From a candidate division WOR-3 bacterium (GTDB lineage Bacteria; Hydrothermota; Hydrothermia; JBDRYB01), in NCBI GenBank assembly GCA_039803205.1, contig JBDRYB010000003.1:32001-96000 (forward strand): a stretch of DNA of 64,000 bases, written 5' to 3'. The notes beneath the pieces were generated by a model that searched no databases, had not been told where the DNA came from, and was given only the letters and a program-made list of their open reading frames with translations. Made by a program: the position numbers and the translations under genes. This document shows positions 10,103-19,758 of the stretch, piece by piece (position 1 is the first letter of the stretch; each line of letters opens with the position of its first letter).

Positions 10103-11632
10103 ATGTTTGGTATTGGAATCGTATTGTTCTCTGCTCTTTTCGCTAAGACATACGGAGGGACTTACTCGGAGGAAGGCTATTCTGTGATCCAGACCCAAGA
10201 AGGAGACTATATCTCGGTGGGATATGTTGTGGATGGCTATGTTGACTTTTCGGTCATCAGGTTTTCCTCCGATGGTTCTCTCTCTGATGCAAAGAGGTTC
10301 GGCGGGAGCGGTTGGGATGAGGCCTATTCCGTAGCCGCGACTCAAGACGGCGGGTTTGTTGTGGCAGGAGAAACTGGTAGTTTCGGGGTCAGTGGCTTTG
10401 ATTTTCTCGTTATGAGAATGGCTTCTGATGGCTCACTCATTTGGTCCAAGACTTACGGGGCCGCATACATGGAGCACCCATACTCAATAATCCAGAACTC
10501 AGACGGGGGTTATACCGTTGTGGGAGAGACGAACAGCATCGGCGCAGGTTTTTCCGATTTTCTGGTTCTCAGATTGGGATCCGACGGTTCAGTTCTCTGG
10601 GCAAGAACCTTCGGGGGCGAAAACGAAGAGGAGGCTTGGTCTGCAATTGAGACCCCGGATGGAAGGCTTGTTGTCGCGGGATGGACGGATAGCTATGGGG
10701 CTGGCAACGATGATCTGCTAATCCTCAAGCTGAACCCTGACGGCTCCCCCATTTGGACCAAGACCCTGGGTGGCATTGGAGATGAGCGCGCCTTTTCCGT
10801 AGCCCAAGCTCATGATGGCGGATATGTTGTTGCTGGATGGACAGGGAGCTTTGGCGCCGGCGGAACAGATTTCCTGGTCGTAAAGCTCGGCCAGGATGGT
10901 TCGCTCATTTGGGCAAAGACCTTTGGCGGAAACAGAAATGACTGGGCCCAATCCATAGTTGCCACATCCGACGGGGGTTATCTTGTTTCTGGGACGACAT
11001 TCTCCTTTGGGGCTGACTCATCGGATGCCCTGATGATCAAGCTTGGGCCGGATGGCTCACTCATCTGGGCCAGGAGGTTCGGGGGCCAGAGCTATGACTA
11101 TGCTTATTCCTCAACCCAGGCGCGGGACGGGGACTATGTTGTCGTTGGGACAACCTGGAGCTTTGGCGCTGGGGCATGGGATTTTCTCGTTATCAAGATC
11201 GGCCAAAACGGCGAGTATGCGAACTGCGTTCAGGCCTGCTATCCGGTTTCTACCAATGTGAACCCCACGACATCCTCTCCGCTGATGGGCTTCATCTGCA
11301 ATTTGGATGCCTCAAGCCCAACTCTGACACCAACCCCGCTCAATTTGATCGCATACGATATTTGCCCCACCCTGGCCTCTCAGGACACGAAAGGCTCTTC
11401 CGGAGGACCATGTTGCTTCGCTTTTTCGGAAGGCGCGGTGTTTTTCGCTCAGGAGCCGGGGAACCTCAGGCTGTATTCCACGGACGGAAGGCTTATATGC
11501 TGTAGGCACCTAGAAACTGGCTACAACAGGATAACCCTTAAGCCCGGCGTCTATATCTGGAGAGCGAGTTCAGAACCTACATCATCCAATTCAAGGGCAT
11601 GCACGGGAAGAATTGCCATCCCCTCTCGGTAA
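10103..11632 (+). CDS. Secreted beta-propeller protein with T9SS-like C-terminal domain (paralog of the 26-36 kb array)
   Basis: Repeats of W.KTFGG...D.A.S...T.DGG.VVAG.T.SFGAG..DFLV; C-terminal YSTDGRL...LKPGVYIW. Confidence 0.8.
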   Translation: MFGIGIVLFSALFAKTYGGTYSEEGYSVIQTQEGDYISVGYVVDGYVDFSVIRFSSDGSLSDAKRFGGSGWDEAYSVAATQDGGFVVAGETGSFGVSGFDFLVMRMASDGSLIWSKTYGAAYMEHPYSIIQNSDGGYTVVGETNSIGAGFSDFLVLRLGSDGSVLWARTFGGENEEEAWSAIETPDGRLVVAGWTDSYGAGNDDLLILKLNPDGSPIWTKTLGGIGDERAFSVAQAHDGGYVVAGWTGSFGAGGTDFLVVKLGQDGSLIWAKTFGGNRNDWAQSIVATSDGGYLVSGTTFSFGADSSDALMIKLGPDGSLIWARRFGGQSYDYAYSSTQARDGDYVVVGTTWSFGAGAWDFLVIKIGQNGEYANCVQACYPVSTNVNPTTSSPLMGFICNLDASSPTLTPTPLNLIAYDICPTLASQDTKGSSGGPCCFAFSEGAVFFAQEPGNLRLYSTDGRLICCRHLETGYNRITLKPGVYIWRASSEPTSSNSRACTGRIAIPSR

Positions 11633-11693
11633 AAACCGGACACGCCCGTGTGTTCTTGAATTTAACCTGCGTTAAAATTTAACATATTCCCGC

Positions 11694-14465
11694 TTGATAG
11701 AGGCCCTCGGGCCGCTTGAGGAGTTATCCCATCTGGACTCCCGTTGGCCATCCGGGTTCAAGAGCGTTATCCTGGCTCGGATCGCCCGGGAGCGTGGGGG
11801 TGTTTTTTATTCTCCAAAGGAGGACCCAACAGATGTCAAGGAAGAGCTCTCCTCCTTCGGGGTTGCCGCGGTGGGCACTCAAGAGGATTGGAGGGAGGCC
11901 ATTTCCCCTGGCAAGCCTCTCGTGTTCATCGGGCCCACGAGAGACATCCCCCGCACCTTAGAGAAGCTCGATTCCATGAGGTTCACCCGCATAGCGCCGG
12001 GCGCGCGGGTCTCGCCCGAGGACCTGATGCGCGCCCTCTCAGAAGGAGGCCTTGAGAGGGTTGATTTCGTTGAACTACCAGGAGAGTTCTCCAGGCGCGG
12101 CGGGATAATTGACCTTTTCCTTCACTCCCTGGCTTCCCCTGTCAGAATAGAGTTCGTAGGAAACAGGGTTGAGTCCATCCGAGAGTTCTCCGTCGTCACT
12201 CAGAGGTCAACCGGCGCGGCAGACGAGATCTGGGTTCCTGATCCCCGCGGCGCTCCGCTCGGCATCGGAGAATTGGTGCAATTGGGAGAGGAGCGCTCAA
12301 ACCCCTTGCCCTTTGATGTTCAGGCAACTCCGGAATTCAGAGGGGATGTGGCTTTGTTCTACAGCTCAGCAAAAGAACTCGCAGAAAGGGGCTACGAGAT
12401 CAATTTCTTCACCCTTGAGGAGTGGCGTTTCAGGAGGCTGAATGAGGTGGTCCCGTGCAGGTGGATTAAGGGAGAACTCAGGCACGGGTTCATCATCCCC
12501 CACCTCTCTCTCGTCGGAATGAGCTCGGGAGAGATAGTGCAAGTTGAACGCGCGGCTAGGCTTCCCGGCCCGAGGATAGAGAGCATAGAGGCGCTTGAGG
12601 AGGGTGACTATGTGGTTCACATTGATTACGGCATAGGGAGATACGCTGGGCTTGAGAGGGTTGAGATAGGAGGGGGGCTTTACGAGTGCGTGGTCGTTGA
12701 ATACGCTGATGGAAGGCTACTCGTTCCCTCACATGACCTCTCCCGGCTCTCCAGGTATGTTGGGCCAGAGGGTTTTAATCCCCCGCTATCCCAAATATCA
12801 AAACCAACCATGTGGCTCCGGCGGCGCAACCGGGCCGCGGCGGACGCGGCAAGGATAGCGAGAGAATTGGTCTTCACAGCCGCTATAAGGAAATCAAGGA
12901 GAGGCCACGCCTTTGGGCCGGACACCCCGGAGCAACGAGAGCTTGAAATGGCATTCCCATTTCCCGAGACCCCGGATCAGGAAAAGGCGATAGAGGATGT
13001 GAAGAGGGACATGGAATCCCCGAAGGTGATGGAGAGATTGGTCGCGGGCGAGGTCGGTTTCGGAAAGACGGAGGTCGCCCTCAGGGCATCTTTCAAGGCG
13101 GTAATGGATGGGAAGCAGGTTGCCATACTCGTTCCAACTACCCTGCTTGCCCTCCAGCACACCAGGACATTCCAGGAAAGGCTATCCAGGTTCCCAGTGA
13201 GGGTTGAGATGGTCTCGCGGCTGGTCTCCGGGAGGAAAATAAAAGATATCCTACAAGACCTCAAGTCCGGCAAGGTTGATATTGTCATAGGGACGCACAG
13301 GCTCCTTGCGAAGGATGTGGCTTTCAAGGACCTCGGCCTCCTGGTCATTGATGAGGAGCACAGGTTCGGCGTCAGGCAAAAGGAACGCCTGAAACGCCTG
13401 AAGATAACGGTTGATACCCTCCTCATGACAGCGACCCCTATCCCCAGAACGCTTTCCATGGCCCTCGGCAAGATAATGGACATGTCCGTAATTGAGACGC
13501 CGCCCATAGGGCGCCAGGAAACAGAGACATGGGTGGGCGAGTTCTCAGAGCGGGTGGTAAAGAACGCGATAAACCGGGAGCTAAACAGGAACGGTCAGGT
13601 CTTTTACATAAGAAACAGGATAGAAGGCCTCTCCGAGAGGGAAAGGAGCCTCAGGAGGATGTTCCCCGAAGCGAAGATAAGGGCTATTCACGGAAGGCTC
13701 AGGGGAAGAGAAATAGAGCGGGCTTTCCTGGATTTCTACGAGGGCAAGATAGATATACTCCTCTCAACAGCCATAGTTGAGTCCGGAATAGATTTCCCGA
13801 GGGCAAACACCCTTATCGTTGAGCAGGCTGAGCTCTTCGGCCTCTCAGAGCTTCACCAGCTCAGGGGGCGCGTTGGAAGGGGGAGCGTAAAGGCTTATGC
13901 GTTCTTCTTCACTGGAAAGGACATAGATAAAAAGCCGAAGGCAAAGCGCAGGCTCTCGGCTCTTGCCAGATACCACCACATCGGCTCAGGGATGAAGATA
14001 GCCCTGGCTGACCTCTCTATAAGAGGGGGAGGGGACCTCCTCGGCCTGGCTCAACACGGCCACGCGAGGGGTGTGGGATACACCCTTTATTTCAGCCTTA
14101 TAGATGAGGCCATAGAGAGCTTGACTTACGGTGGAACCAGGAGAGAGACCCTTCTTGAGATACACGCCCCCGCGCTCATTCCAGAGGCATACCTGGATGA
14201 TCCGACCCTCAGAATGGCTTATTACACGAGGCTTTCAGAGGCTAGAGCCATCTACGAGATAGACGAGACCGAGGACGAGATGAGGGACAGGTTCGGGCCT
14301 CTGCCGCCCGAGTTGGAAAACCTACTCAACGCTCACAGGGTGAGGTTATGGGCGGGAGAGCGCGGATACGAGAGGGTGATCTTCTCTCCGGATATTGTGC
14401 AGCTCAGACGCGAGGGAGAGGAGGAAACATTGCCGACTGAGGGGATACTGGGAGAGCTTATCTAG
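11694..14465 (+). CDS. mfd: Transcription-repair coupling factor
   Basis: UvrB-homology RGGIIDLF, CarD-like VVHIDYGIGRY, GEVGFGKT, DEEHRFG, TATPIPRT, QLRGRVGR, C-terminal TRCF domain. Confidence 0.93.
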   Translation: MIEALGPLEELSHLDSRWPSGFKSVILARIARERGGVFYSPKEDPTDVKEELSSFGVAAVGTQEDWREAISPGKPLVFIGPTRDIPRTLEKLDSMRFTRIAPGARVSPEDLMRALSEGGLERVDFVELPGEFSRRGGIIDLFLHSLASPVRIEFVGNRVESIREFSVVTQRSTGAADEIWVPDPRGAPLGIGELVQLGEERSNPLPFDVQATPEFRGDVALFYSSAKELAERGYEINFFTLEEWRFRRLNEVVPCRWIKGELRHGFIIPHLSLVGMSSGEIVQVERAARLPGPRIESIEALEEGDYVVHIDYGIGRYAGLERVEIGGGLYECVVVEYADGRLLVPSHDLSRLSRYVGPEGFNPPLSQISKPTMWLRRRNRAAADAARIARELVFTAAIRKSRRGHAFGPDTPEQRELEMAFPFPETPDQEKAIEDVKRDMESPKVMERLVAGEVGFGKTEVALRASFKAVMDGKQVAILVPTTLLALQHTRTFQERLSRFPVRVEMVSRLVSGRKIKDILQDLKSGKVDIVIGTHRLLAKDVAFKDLGLLVIDEEHRFGVRQKERLKRLKITVDTLLMTATPIPRTLSMALGKIMDMSVIETPPIGRQETETWVGEFSERVVKNAINRELNRNGQVFYIRNRIEGLSERERSLRRMFPEAKIRAIHGRLRGREIERAFLDFYEGKIDILLSTAIVESGIDFPRANTLIVEQAELFGLSELHQLRGRVGRGSVKAYAFFFTGKDIDKKPKAKRRLSALARYHHIGSGMKIALADLSIRGGGDLLGLAQHGHARGVGYTLYFSLIDEAIESLTYGGTRRETLLEIHAPALIPEAYLDDPTLRMAYYTRLSEARAIYEIDETEDEMRDRFGPLPPELENLLNAHRVRLWAGERGYERVIFSPDIVQLRREGEEETLPTEGILGELI

Positions 14466-15448
14466 ATCTTAACCAGCCTCCTCGTCCTCTGGCCGACCCT
14501 CATGATGTAGACCCCTGGTCTCAGTCCCCTCAGATCGTTGGTTCCCTCTCGGATTTTAACCACGGGAGCGCCTGATATGTCATAAAGCACGGCTTCGCTG
14601 ATCCCGTTTGGAAAACTAACCGTGAGAAAGTCCTCAACGGGATTCGGGGATACAACGAGCCTCTTCGGAGATGAAGGCGCCTCGCCCTCTCCGATTGGCT
14701 TACACGGTGGTGATGAGAGCCAGGCAAAGACATTCAATAGGAGCTCGTCGTTGTTGGGGCCATAGGAGAGGTATGTGTTATCCCACAGGTTTATGTCCGA
14801 AATCAGAATTACGCCCCCCTGACCATCCACGCATCGCCCAGCCATGGCTCCGTATCCGCCCATCCAGCCGATTATCTCTGAGGGAGCTGAGGCACCAACC
14901 GCCCCCGGAGCCGCCGTGCAGACCCCTTCTGGTGTTATCCCTGCGAATATCTGAGCGTAGGTCGGGTTAGAGGTGAAAGATGAATAACACTGCTGTGGGT
15001 CGCCGAGGCCGACGCTCATTCCAAGCCTGCTGACGACCTGCGCGAGGTTTCCGTTCGGGCATCCGGTGTTCTCGGACTGGATGAGAACAGAACCTCCCCT
15101 GGCAACGAAAGCGGCAAGGCTATCCGCCTCTGAGGCCGTATACGCGGAATACCAGTTTGAAGCCAGGTTTATCACCACTATCCTGTAGGGGCTCAGGTCC
15201 ATATTGTCAACCCCCGAGGAGGTGGTGCTCAGAGCGTAGCCGTTGGATGTCAATATGCTGGCCAGGGTTGAGTATTGACTGGTCAGGTCATAACAGTAGC
15301 CGGGGCAGAAAACCCCGTGGGTGTAGTCCCAGAGGACAGAGACATCCTTTGGGCTAGGGGGCGCGGGTGAAACGGGGTTTTCATGGTTGGAACCTGCACC
15401 CTCAAGGCCCGTGGTAGGATCAAATAGGCATATCAGCAGAATAAGCAT
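14462..15448 (-). CDS. Secreted protein with T9SS-like C-terminal domain (GATase-like alpha/beta core suspected)
   Basis: GGAGG then ATG 15448; C-terminal VSPNPV...LYDISG...LRPGVYIMRVG..TRRLVKI. Confidence 0.7.
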   Translation of the reverse strand: MLILLICLFDPTTGLEGAGSNHENPVSPAPPSPKDVSVLWDYTHGVFCPGYCYDLTSQYSTLASILTSNGYALSTTSSGVDNMDLSPYRIVVINLASNWYSAYTASEADSLAAFVARGGSVLIQSENTGCPNGNLAQVVSRLGMSVGLGDPQQCYSSFTSNPTYAQIFAGITPEGVCTAAPGAVGASAPSEIIGWMGGYGAMAGRCVDGQGGVILISDINLWDNTYLSYGPNNDELLLNVFAWLSSPPCKPIGEGEAPSSPKRLVVSPNPVEDFLTVSFPNGISEAVLYDISGAPVVKIREGTNDLRGLRPGVYIMRVGQRTRRLVKI

Positions 15449-15611
15449 AAAAACCTCCTGTGCCTTCATATTATAAAAGCACCAGTTGATCCCGCGCAAT
15501 AGGATCGCCCCCCGGTTTATGATCTCAAAGAAAGCATAAATGAGCCCTCATGGAAGAGCTCAACGAGACCGAGATAATGAAGAGGAACCCGAAGGACACT
15601 GAAACCAGGGA

Positions 15612-17051
15612 TCAGAACCTTCCTATGAGCCAGAGCTTTATCCCCTCAAACTCCGGCTCGGTCCTGCATATCCCCCCTGAGCAGATTACTCCGGCCGGCT
15701 GAGACCCATAGAAAACCATAGCGTCAAGGCGCTCGTTCAGGTGAACCGAGAGCTCAACCGATTGCCAGACCCCGAGCCTCTCTCCTCCGGTCTCCCTTCG
15801 CTCTGTCCTCCCGAACCAGAGAGAGCCCCAAGGTCCCCAGCCCACTCCCAGCTTGAGCTTCCCATCAAAGTAATCCAGGGTGTCAATGAGCTCAACCGTG
15901 TCAGCGTAATATGGGTAGATGTCTCGCCTAATCCTGTGATCGTAGGAGAGGGTAAGAGAGCCCTTGCCCATGAAATAGAGCACTGCCTCAGCCCCAGGGG
16001 TCATCTCGGCCCTCTTCGTGACCAGGGCCTCAAGGGAATCGTTGTATATCTCTCGGAGAACCCCGTTTACCAGGATGTGATCCAGCTTCGCTGTGGCGCG
16101 GAACAGCCCAGTGCGCCTGTAGCTGGCCAAAAAATAGTTCTCCTCAACCCGCTGGGAACCGATAGACCTCTCAGAAAGGCTCCTGTGGCCCGTCAGGGTC
16201 AGGCCCTCTATTGGGTTTGCGTTCAGGGTAATCCCATGGCCTGCCTCATCTATGCTGTCGGTGAGGTATACCCCATAGTGGTTTATGGGCGGAGGGTTAT
16301 TGAACCCATTCCCCAGGAGGTTGTAGTCCTTTGACTCAAGTAGGATGTTGAACCTGGGGAGGCCAAGGGATACCGCCGCGTAGTAGCTTGTGGTTGTGCT
16401 ATCCGGAGTGCTGTCCCCAGCATAATAATATGGCACATAGAAACCCTCTCGTCTGACCAATTCCCCATAGACGCTGACCAGCGAGGATGCCAGCTCTGCC
16501 GAGCCCGATATGAACTCCTGCTTGTATGTGCTGTCATACTGGGGCCAGTTGACGCGGGCGTATACGCCCGTTAGGTTTAGGTGAGGCAATCCCACAAAGG
16601 AAAGCCTGCCTGCCCTCAGGGTGTGTTCCTGATCTTTCTTGAAATCGTAATAATATATCTCTCTCTTTGTCCCCGATAGGAACTCACCCTCAAATGGGCC
16701 AAGCCTCGCCCTCACATCCCCTCCCTCAAGCCACCTGTCAAGCATCAGCTGATCGTCTCTGACGCTTGCGAGGACGAGGCCTCTGCCAAAAGAGGCATAG
16801 TAGCTCCCGCCCCTCGCGCTTATAGCATCAGAATTGTAGGCCGCATATCTCTGAGTCAGGTCCTCATACCTGGGGAAATTCGGCCTATTCGGCTGGAGAT
16901 AGAGGAACTTTCCGCCCACCTCCCAGCTCTCTAGGTAAAGCGCCGCGTCAAAGATGCTCTGAAGCCTTTCGTCATCCGAACTCCTCCACTTCCAGTATTG
17001 GATGTCCGTAGAACCAGTAAAAAATACCTGGGCGAGAATGAGGGTGACCAT
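15612..17051 (-). CDS. DUF6029-like outer-membrane beta-barrel protein
   Basis: C-terminal GVICSGGICRTEPEFEGIKLWLIGRF, YYASFGRGLVL motif, directly downstream of a TlpA gene. Confidence 0.7.
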   Translation of the reverse strand: MVTLILAQVFFTGSTDIQYWKWRSSDDERLQSIFDAALYLESWEVGGKFLYLQPNRPNFPRYEDLTQRYAAYNSDAISARGGSYYASFGRGLVLASVRDDQLMLDRWLEGGDVRARLGPFEGEFLSGTKREIYYYDFKKDQEHTLRAGRLSFVGLPHLNLTGVYARVNWPQYDSTYKQEFISGSAELASSLVSVYGELVRREGFYVPYYYAGDSTPDSTTTSYYAAVSLGLPRFNILLESKDYNLLGNGFNNPPPINHYGVYLTDSIDEAGHGITLNANPIEGLTLTGHRSLSERSIGSQRVEENYFLASYRRTGLFRATAKLDHILVNGVLREIYNDSLEALVTKRAEMTPGAEAVLYFMGKGSLTLSYDHRIRRDIYPYYADTVELIDTLDYFDGKLKLGVGWGPWGSLWFGRTERRETGGERLGVWQSVELSVHLNERLDAMVFYGSQPAGVICSGGICRTEPEFEGIKLWLIGRF

Positions 17052-17069
17052 GAGGCTCTCCTTTTCGTT

Positions 17070-17528
17070 CTACTGGCCCAGAAGCTCCTGAACCTTGTTC
17101 TTTATCTCCTCCTCTTGACCAGATGTGAAACCAACTCGCTGATACACTATTTCCATGTTCTTATCCACTATGACCGTCACCGGCACAGCCATTGCCTTGT
17201 ATTTCAAGGAGACCTTCTTGTCGGGGTCAAGGAGGACAGGGAACTTCCAGCCCCTGCCGTCTTTGGTGCTCTTGACCTCTGAGAGCTTTCTGGGGGAGTC
17301 CTGGCTTATCCCCAAAACCATAAGGCCCTTGTCCCTGTTGGCCTTGTATAGCTCGTTTGAGTAGTCCAATAGGTCCTTGCAGTTCGTGCACCATGTTGCC
17401 CAGAAAACCATGAGAACCGGCCCGGACTTAACCAGCTCCGAGAGAGTAAATGAGTTTCCGTCTGTATCCTCAAGGGTGAAGTCCGGCGCGGTCGCCGTCA
17501 TCAGGATTCCCATGAGAAGCCCTGTCAT
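17070..17528 (-). CDS. TlpA/ResA-family thiol-disulfide oxidoreductase
   Basis: APDFTL, FWATWCTNC, FPVLLD, cis-Pro VP motif. Confidence 0.9.
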   Translation of the reverse strand: MTGLLMGILMTATAPDFTLEDTDGNSFTLSELVKSGPVLMVFWATWCTNCKDLLDYSNELYKANRDKGLMVLGISQDSPRKLSEVKSTKDGRGWKFPVLLDPDKKVSLKYKAMAVPVTVIVDKNMEIVYQRVGFTSGQEEEIKNKVQELLGQ

Positions 17529-17538
17529 GTCAATCCTC

Positions 17539-18498
17539 CTATTTTATAAGCTTTGCAGTTTTCGTTCCAAACCCCGTCCTCGCGACGAGGATGTGGACCC
17601 CTTTGCCCAGGCCAGAGAGAGAAAACCCATGTTCTCCGGCCGAAAGTCTTCCGGAGACGAGCTCTCGCTCGGCCCTTCCAGCGGGATCATACGCGTCTAT
17701 TTTGACCCAGGTCTCTGATGGGATGTTCAGATACAGCGTTCCGGATGAGAGCCAGATGTCAAATCCTGGGGCTTTTGGGGTATCCTCATGGGCCCCTGAG
17801 CCGTAAACAACCTTTATCTGTTTTGATTGGTGGACCAGGTGAGTCTGGTAGCTCTGAACGAATATCGTCGCGTCAAGGGACTCTGGGTTCCATCCGGATA
17901 TGTTGAAGGTCCAAACGAACCGCTGGGTATCCCCTGCCTGTGAGACGAGGAGGCTGTCGCCTGTTGGCTTTGATATGATGTCCCTCATTATGAACCTGTT
18001 GTAGCGGCCATCCCCAAAGACATGCCGCTCAGTTATCACGCAGAAAACCCTGGGATCGGGCGCGGTGGGAGGGAGGGTTGTCTCAATCTTTATGAGGCAC
18101 TCAACGATCCCGGAGGTGGATGTGCATGTGGCACCAGCATCTATGATTATCGGCGAGACGACCCACTTCCAGTTGTTGACCCTGTTCTTGTAGCGGTTAT
18201 AGTCCCCGGTGGTGTCATCCGTGGAGCCCAGTTCGCGATCAACCCCCGTGAACCACACATCAGGCACCCCTGATACCCCATAAAAATTGAAGCGGTATGT
18301 GGCATCCGAGCCGGAAAGCCCTTGCATGTATTGTATGACGCTCACGGTATCCGAGAAATCCCTGGCTAGCCACTCGCAAGCCGCATTGGAAAACGGACAG
18401 TGAGGACATGTTGTGCTACTGAATGCCTCCACCAGAACGCTCCTCTGCGCGGCCCAAAGCAGTCCAACCAACCCCAAAAGCAAAAAGATCCTCTTCAT
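17539..18498 (-). CDS. Omp28-related thioredoxin-fold protein with T9SS-like C-terminal domain
   Basis: Signal peptide MKRIFLLLGLVGLLWA, VLVEAFSSTTCPHCP, YGVSGVP, C-terminal GTKTAKLIK. Confidence 0.78.
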   Translation of the reverse strand: MKRIFLLLGLVGLLWAAQRSVLVEAFSSTTCPHCPFSNAACEWLARDFSDTVSVIQYMQGLSGSDATYRFNFYGVSGVPDVWFTGVDRELGSTDDTTGDYNRYKNRVNNWKWVVSPIIIDAGATCTSTSGIVECLIKIETTLPPTAPDPRVFCVITERHVFGDGRYNRFIMRDIISKPTGDSLLVSQAGDTQRFVWTFNISGWNPESLDATIFVQSYQTHLVHQSKQIKVVYGSGAHEDTPKAPGFDIWLSSGTLYLNIPSETWVKIDAYDPAGRAERELVSGRLSAGEHGFSLSGLGKGVHILVARTGFGTKTAKLIK

Positions 18499-18587
18499 AG
18501 CTTGTAGATTATAGATCAAAAAAGGGGGTGCTTTCAACCCGGGGTAGCCCGAGAACCCACATTTTCCCATGCTGGATATGAGAGGGA

Positions 18588-19052
18588 CTATCTTCTGTGA
18601 AACAGCCCCTCCTCAGCGTGGCAGGACAGGCACTTCCCCCCTTTTCCCTTAAGATAAAGCCCATGATCAACCCTGGCCTGGGGGGTCATTGAGGGGGAGA
18701 GAAGCTCCCTGTGGCACCTGCGACACCCTTCATCCCTCACCGATAGGATTGCCCTCGCTTTTCTCTCTTCCTGAGGGGAATACCTGTGCACCATGTGTTT
18801 GAGAATGTTTGTCCCAGCCTCAAGCGCAGAATAGCCGTGGCAATCCGTGCAGATCGGGATTATTCCCTCTGATTGGGAGCCGTGAACTGATGACCTGAAA
18901 GATCCTGCTGGCTCGCGCATCTCGTGACAGATGGTGCAAAGCCCTTCCTCTGATCTCTGGAAATAGGCCACGCCAGAAAAAACAGCCGCTCCAAGGATCA
19001 GACCCAATCCTGTGAACGGGAGCCACCTCAGAGCATCTTCGCCTTTTGCCAC
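18588..19052 (-). CDS. Membrane-anchored tetraheme cytochrome c (NapC/NirT-like)
   Basis: N-terminal TM helix and four CxxCH motifs (CTICH, CTDCH, CRRCH, CLSCH); start uncertain, GTG 19052 assumed. Confidence 0.8.
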   Translation of the reverse strand: MAKGEDALRWLPFTGLGLILGAAVFSGVAYFQRSEEGLCTICHEMREPAGSFRSSVHGSQSEGIIPICTDCHGYSALEAGTNILKHMVHRYSPQEERKARAILSVRDEGCRRCHRELLSPSMTPQARVDHGLYLKGKGGKCLSCHAEEGLFHRR

Positions 19053-19756
19053 AGCTCTTCCATCTCCTCCAGGCTCATCTCCTCGAGAGCAAAGCCTTTG
19101 GCCGCCGCGAGCTCCCTCATCTTCCTGAACCTCGCGAGGAATCGCGCGTTCGCATCGCGGAGGCATTCCTCAGCCGAATAGCCCAATTTCCTGGCGAGCA
19201 TTGCCCCAGCAAACAGAATATCGCCGATCTCGTGCGCAACATCCGCATCAGCCGCGATAGCCTCGCGCAACTCCCTTATCTCCTCATCCAGCTTCCCGAG
19301 CACACCTTGGGCGCTTTCCCAGTCAAAACCGAGCCTCGCGGCCTTCCTGCCTATCTCGTCAGCGAGCATTAAGGCTGGCTGGCGCGTGTTGATCCCTTCT
19401 GGGAATTCCTCGCTTTTGCTCTTTTCCCACCTCTCAAGCACCTTTCCCATATCAGGGCTTTCCCCACCGAAAACATGCGGATGCCGGCCTTTCAGCTTCT
19501 CATATGCCCCTTCCAGAACCTCCTCAAGCTTGAAAATCCCCCTCTCCTCAGCTATTGCAACGAGCATGAGGATGACGATTATGGCGTCACCGAGCTCCTC
19601 AGAAAGCCCCTTACCGCTTTCAATTGCCTCAAGGACCTCGTAAGCCTCTGCCACAAGGGCTGTTCTCATGGATTCAAGGGTCTGCTCCCTGTCCCAAGGA
19701 CAACCATCCGGTTCCCTGAGGCGTTTTATCAGGGCATATAGGTCGCCCAGCTCCAT
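19028..19756 (-). CDS. mazG: Nucleoside triphosphate pyrophosphohydrolase
   Basis: GCPWDREQT, EELGD, RHPHVFG, GFDW, EIGDILF, EMEELWQKAK. Confidence 0.93.
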   Translation of the reverse strand: MELGDLYALIKRLREPDGCPWDREQTLESMRTALVAEAYEVLEAIESGKGLSEELGDAIIVILMLVAIAEERGIFKLEEVLEGAYEKLKGRHPHVFGGESPDMGKVLERWEKSKSEEFPEGINTRQPALMLADEIGRKAARLGFDWESAQGVLGKLDEEIRELREAIAADADVAHEIGDILFAGAMLARKLGYSAEECLRDANARFLARFRKMRELAAAKGFALEEMSLEEMEELWQKAKML

Positions 19757-19758
19757 AT

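Noticed and set aside
11694..14465. Mfd as a truncated pseudogene because it is shorter than typical Mfd
   Set aside because: All translocase motifs, the RNAP-interaction domain and the C-terminal domain are in one open frame; a compact ortholog is more likely.
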